Assembly (NCBI GenBank): GCA_013416795.1
Contig: RQSC01000020.1
Location: 375,035-388,726 of the forward strand
Length of the DNA: 13,692 bases
Source: Prasinococcaceae sp. CCMP 1430
Lineage: Eukaryota > Plantae > Prasinodermophyta
Direction: 5' to 3'
Shown here one piece after another: positions 10,989-13,692 of the stretch; position 1 is the stretch's first letter, and the number at the start of each line of letters is the position of its first letter. A program made the translations under genes and the position numbers. A model generated the notes under the pieces. It ran no database searches, was not told where the DNA came from, and worked only from the letters and a program-made list of their open reading frames with translations.

Positions 10989-13314
10989 ATGCCGCGCTAT
11001 GCGACGGTGGCGGCATGCACTCTCAACCAGTGGGCGATGGACTTCGCGGGCAACCTCGAGCGCACAATGCGGTCCGTAGCGCAGGCGAGAGAGGCGGGCG
11101 CAAGCTACAGGCTGGGGCCCGAGCTAGAGGTCTGCGGGTACTCGTGCGATGATCACTTCTACGAGGTGCGCGAGAGCGGGGGCGAGCCGGGGCGCGTGCA
11201 GCTGGACTCACGGCCACGCGCCATCCGCGGCTGCGCGTGTGCGTAGCGCAGACGCCCCAAAGCGCCGCTGACAGCAGGTGCGCTGCTGTGGTGGCTGCGG
11301 CGCGCTTGCGCGCGCCCGAATCGCGCAGGCCGATACGTGCACACATTCTTGGGAGTGTCTCGCTAAGCTCCTCTCGTCCGGCCTGACGGACGGTATGCTG
11401 GTAGACGTTGGCCTGCCAGTCGAGCACCGCGGCGCGCGCTACAACTGCCGCGCCTTCCTGCTGGATGGGCGCATACTGCTCCTGCGCGCCAAGATGTGGC
11501 TCGCCAACGACGGCAACTACCGCGAGCTGCGCTGGTTCTCAGCCTGGAAGCGATACGACGAGACCGAGCGGTATATGCTGCCGGAGTGCGTGCGCGCCGT
11601 ATCTGGGCAGGCGCACGCGCCCATAGGTGATGCCACGCTGCAGCTGGCCGACACGAGCATGGGCACAGAGCTGTGTGAGGAGCTGTTCACGCCGCAGTCG
11701 CCGCACATCCGCATGGCGCTCCGCGGTGTGGAGGTGATGGCCAACGGCTCGGGCTCGCACCACCAGCTGCGCAAGCTCGACCAGAGGCTGGACCTGGTGA
11801 GGTCCGCCACGGCGAAGACGGGCGGCGTCTATCTGTACTCCAACTTGCGCGGCTGCGACGGCACGCGCATGTACTTCGACGGATGCTCGTGTGTGGTCGT
11901 CAACGGCGAAGTTGTCGCGCAGGGCCAGCAGTTCGCGCTGGAGGACGTAGAGACTGTGGTGGCCACGTGCGACCTGGACGCGGTCACGTCGTTCCGCGCA
12001 GCGACGTCCAGCTTCAGGGAGCAAGCGAGCGCCCAGCCAACGATATCTGCCGGCGCTGTCATTGACGCTACCCACTTTTCACTGTGTGCGCGCGGTCCGG
12101 GCCTGGCCGCGGGCCGGGTGCCACGCTTCCCTACGGAGCCTCGCGCCCCGCACTTCCACCGCTTCGAGGACGAGATAGCGCGTGGGCCTGCGTGCTGGCT
12201 GTGGGACTACCTGCGCAGAAGCGGGGCGAGCGGATTTCTGCTGCCGCTCAGCGGCGGCGCAGATAGCGCGGCGGTGGCAGCCATCGTCGCCGGCATGTGT
12301 CAGCTGGTTGTTGAGGCCATCTCCGACGGCGACAAGGTTGTTCTGGATGACGCGCGGCGGATAGGAGGGTACGCGCTCGACGAGCGTCCAACCAGCGCCA
12401 AGGAGCTGGCGGGGAGACTGCTCACGACCATCTACATGGGGAGCTCCAATTCGAGTGCGGAGACGCGCGCGCTCGCAGCATCGCTCGCCGGCGATATTGG
12501 CGCGAGCCACCACGCCCTGGAGATAGACACCGTCACTGCCGCGCTCGTCACCGTGTTCGAGGCCGTGTCCGGACGGCGGCCGCGCTTCCGCAGTCGCGGG
12601 GGCACCACTGCGGAGAACCTTGCATTGCAAAACATCCAGGCCCGCGCGCGCATGGTGCTGGCGTTCATGTGTGCACAGCTCATGCCATGGGTATCCGGTC
12701 GGTCCGGCTTTCTCTTGGTGCTGGGCAGTGCGAACGTGGACGAGGGCCTGCGCGGCTACCTGACCAAGTACGACTGCAGCTCGGCTGACTTGAATCCAAT
12801 TGGCGGTGTCTGCAAGAACGACCTAAAGGCCTTCTTGAGGTGGTCGTCTTCCGCAGACTCGCTAACCGGTGGCACGTTGCCTTCCTTGGCAAGGATCGTG
12901 ACCGCACCGCCCACTGCAGAGCTCGAGCCGCGCGAGGACGGATACGTCCAGACAGACGAGCAGGACATGGGCATGTCTTACGAGGAGCTCGGTATCTTCG
13001 GGCGGCTGCGCAAGATCGGGCGCTGCGGCCCTCTCTCCATGTTCCATGCCCTCCTGCCGAAGTGGGGTGACAGGCTCAACCCTGCACAGATTGCCGAGAA
13101 AGTCAAGTTTTTCTTCCGTATGTACTCCATCAATAGGCACAAGATGACCACCATCACGCCGGCGTACCATGCGGAGTCATACTCACCGGACGACAACCGC
13201 TTCGACCTCCGCCAGTTTCTATACAACACGAGATGGCCGTGGCAGTTCGCGGCAGTTGACGAAGCTGCGCAGGCTGCCACCGACGTTGGCGCGGACGGAT
13301 CTCGTAGTCAGTAG
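10989..13314 (+). CDS. NADSYN1: Glutamine-dependent NAD+ synthetase (nitrilase-type glutaminase + synthetase), 2 exons, 720 aa
   Basis: Exon 1 is 10989-11165 ([22 protein letters not shown]...[17 protein letters not shown]), intron 11166-11328 (GT..AG), exon 2 is 11329-13314. The glutaminase triad E/K/C is present ([26 protein letters not shown]). The synthetase motifs [43 protein letters not shown] and DDNRFDLR are intact. Confidence 0.98.
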
Positions 13315-13692
13315 GAAGCTCGCGCCGCGGCCGTGCGGCGCGCGCCACGCGCTGAGCGCCGCACGCGCCTGGCGGTGAGCACGATCGCGAGAGAGGGAGG
13401 CAGAGCGCGCACCAGGGGAGGGGCGTGCGCACATCCGACGGTCAGCCGACGTGCAACCATGCGCATGTGTGCCTCGGGTGACTGCTAGGCAACGCGCGTG
13501 CATCAATTGCTCCAGGCGCACACGCAGCTCCGGACTCCGCCCCGCCCGTGATCCTCCCCATCGCACAGCCCTCACACACTCGCTCGCCATCCCTAGCCGC
13601 GCCCGCTCGCCCTCGCCGGCGCGCCCCCACGTACCCTTTGCCGCCGCCGCCGCCCCCGGCGCCGCGAGCGCCGCCGCCGAGGCCGAACATCG

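Noticed and set aside
5139-13314. Dioxygenase + ADP/ATP carrier + NAD synthetase as a metabolic gene cluster
   Set aside because: No shared pathway, mixed orientations, and ANT and NADSYN1 are universal housekeeping genes. Ordinary synteny in a compact genome explains it.
13442-13690. Minus-strand ORF MFGLGGGARGAGGGGGGKG at the window end
   Set aside because: It could be an exon of a convergent gene continuing outside the window (donor-like GTACGT after KG), but it is low-complexity and cannot be supported here.

Overview
Eukaryotic genomic DNA, very GC-rich and alga-like; the exact lineage cannot be fixed from the sequence alone. Most long ORFs in the supplied track are artefacts of microsatellites and high GC. 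Three genes are clear: a glutamine-dependent NAD+ synthetase (+, 2 exons), an intronless mitochondrial ADP/ATP carrier (-), and an IPNS-like 2OG-Fe(II) dioxygenase (+). The ORF track hides an 8-exon gene on the minus strand (4481->1961) that I reconstructed by hand. It encodes a 273-aa divergent SET-like protein with an N-terminal Cys cluster and a basic tail ending in an H3K27-like KAARK motif overlapping a D-box-like RKALGERTN. Its introns are filled with (CA)n/(GC)n repeats, and the 3' splice sites lack a polypyrimidine tract. The window also holds two hypothetical genes (one with an F-box-like motif), a decayed DIRS-type reverse transcriptase fragment, a 3-copy ~78-bp minisatellite and several recurring intergenic motifs. 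Domain and function calls rest on manual motif reading; no database searches were run.
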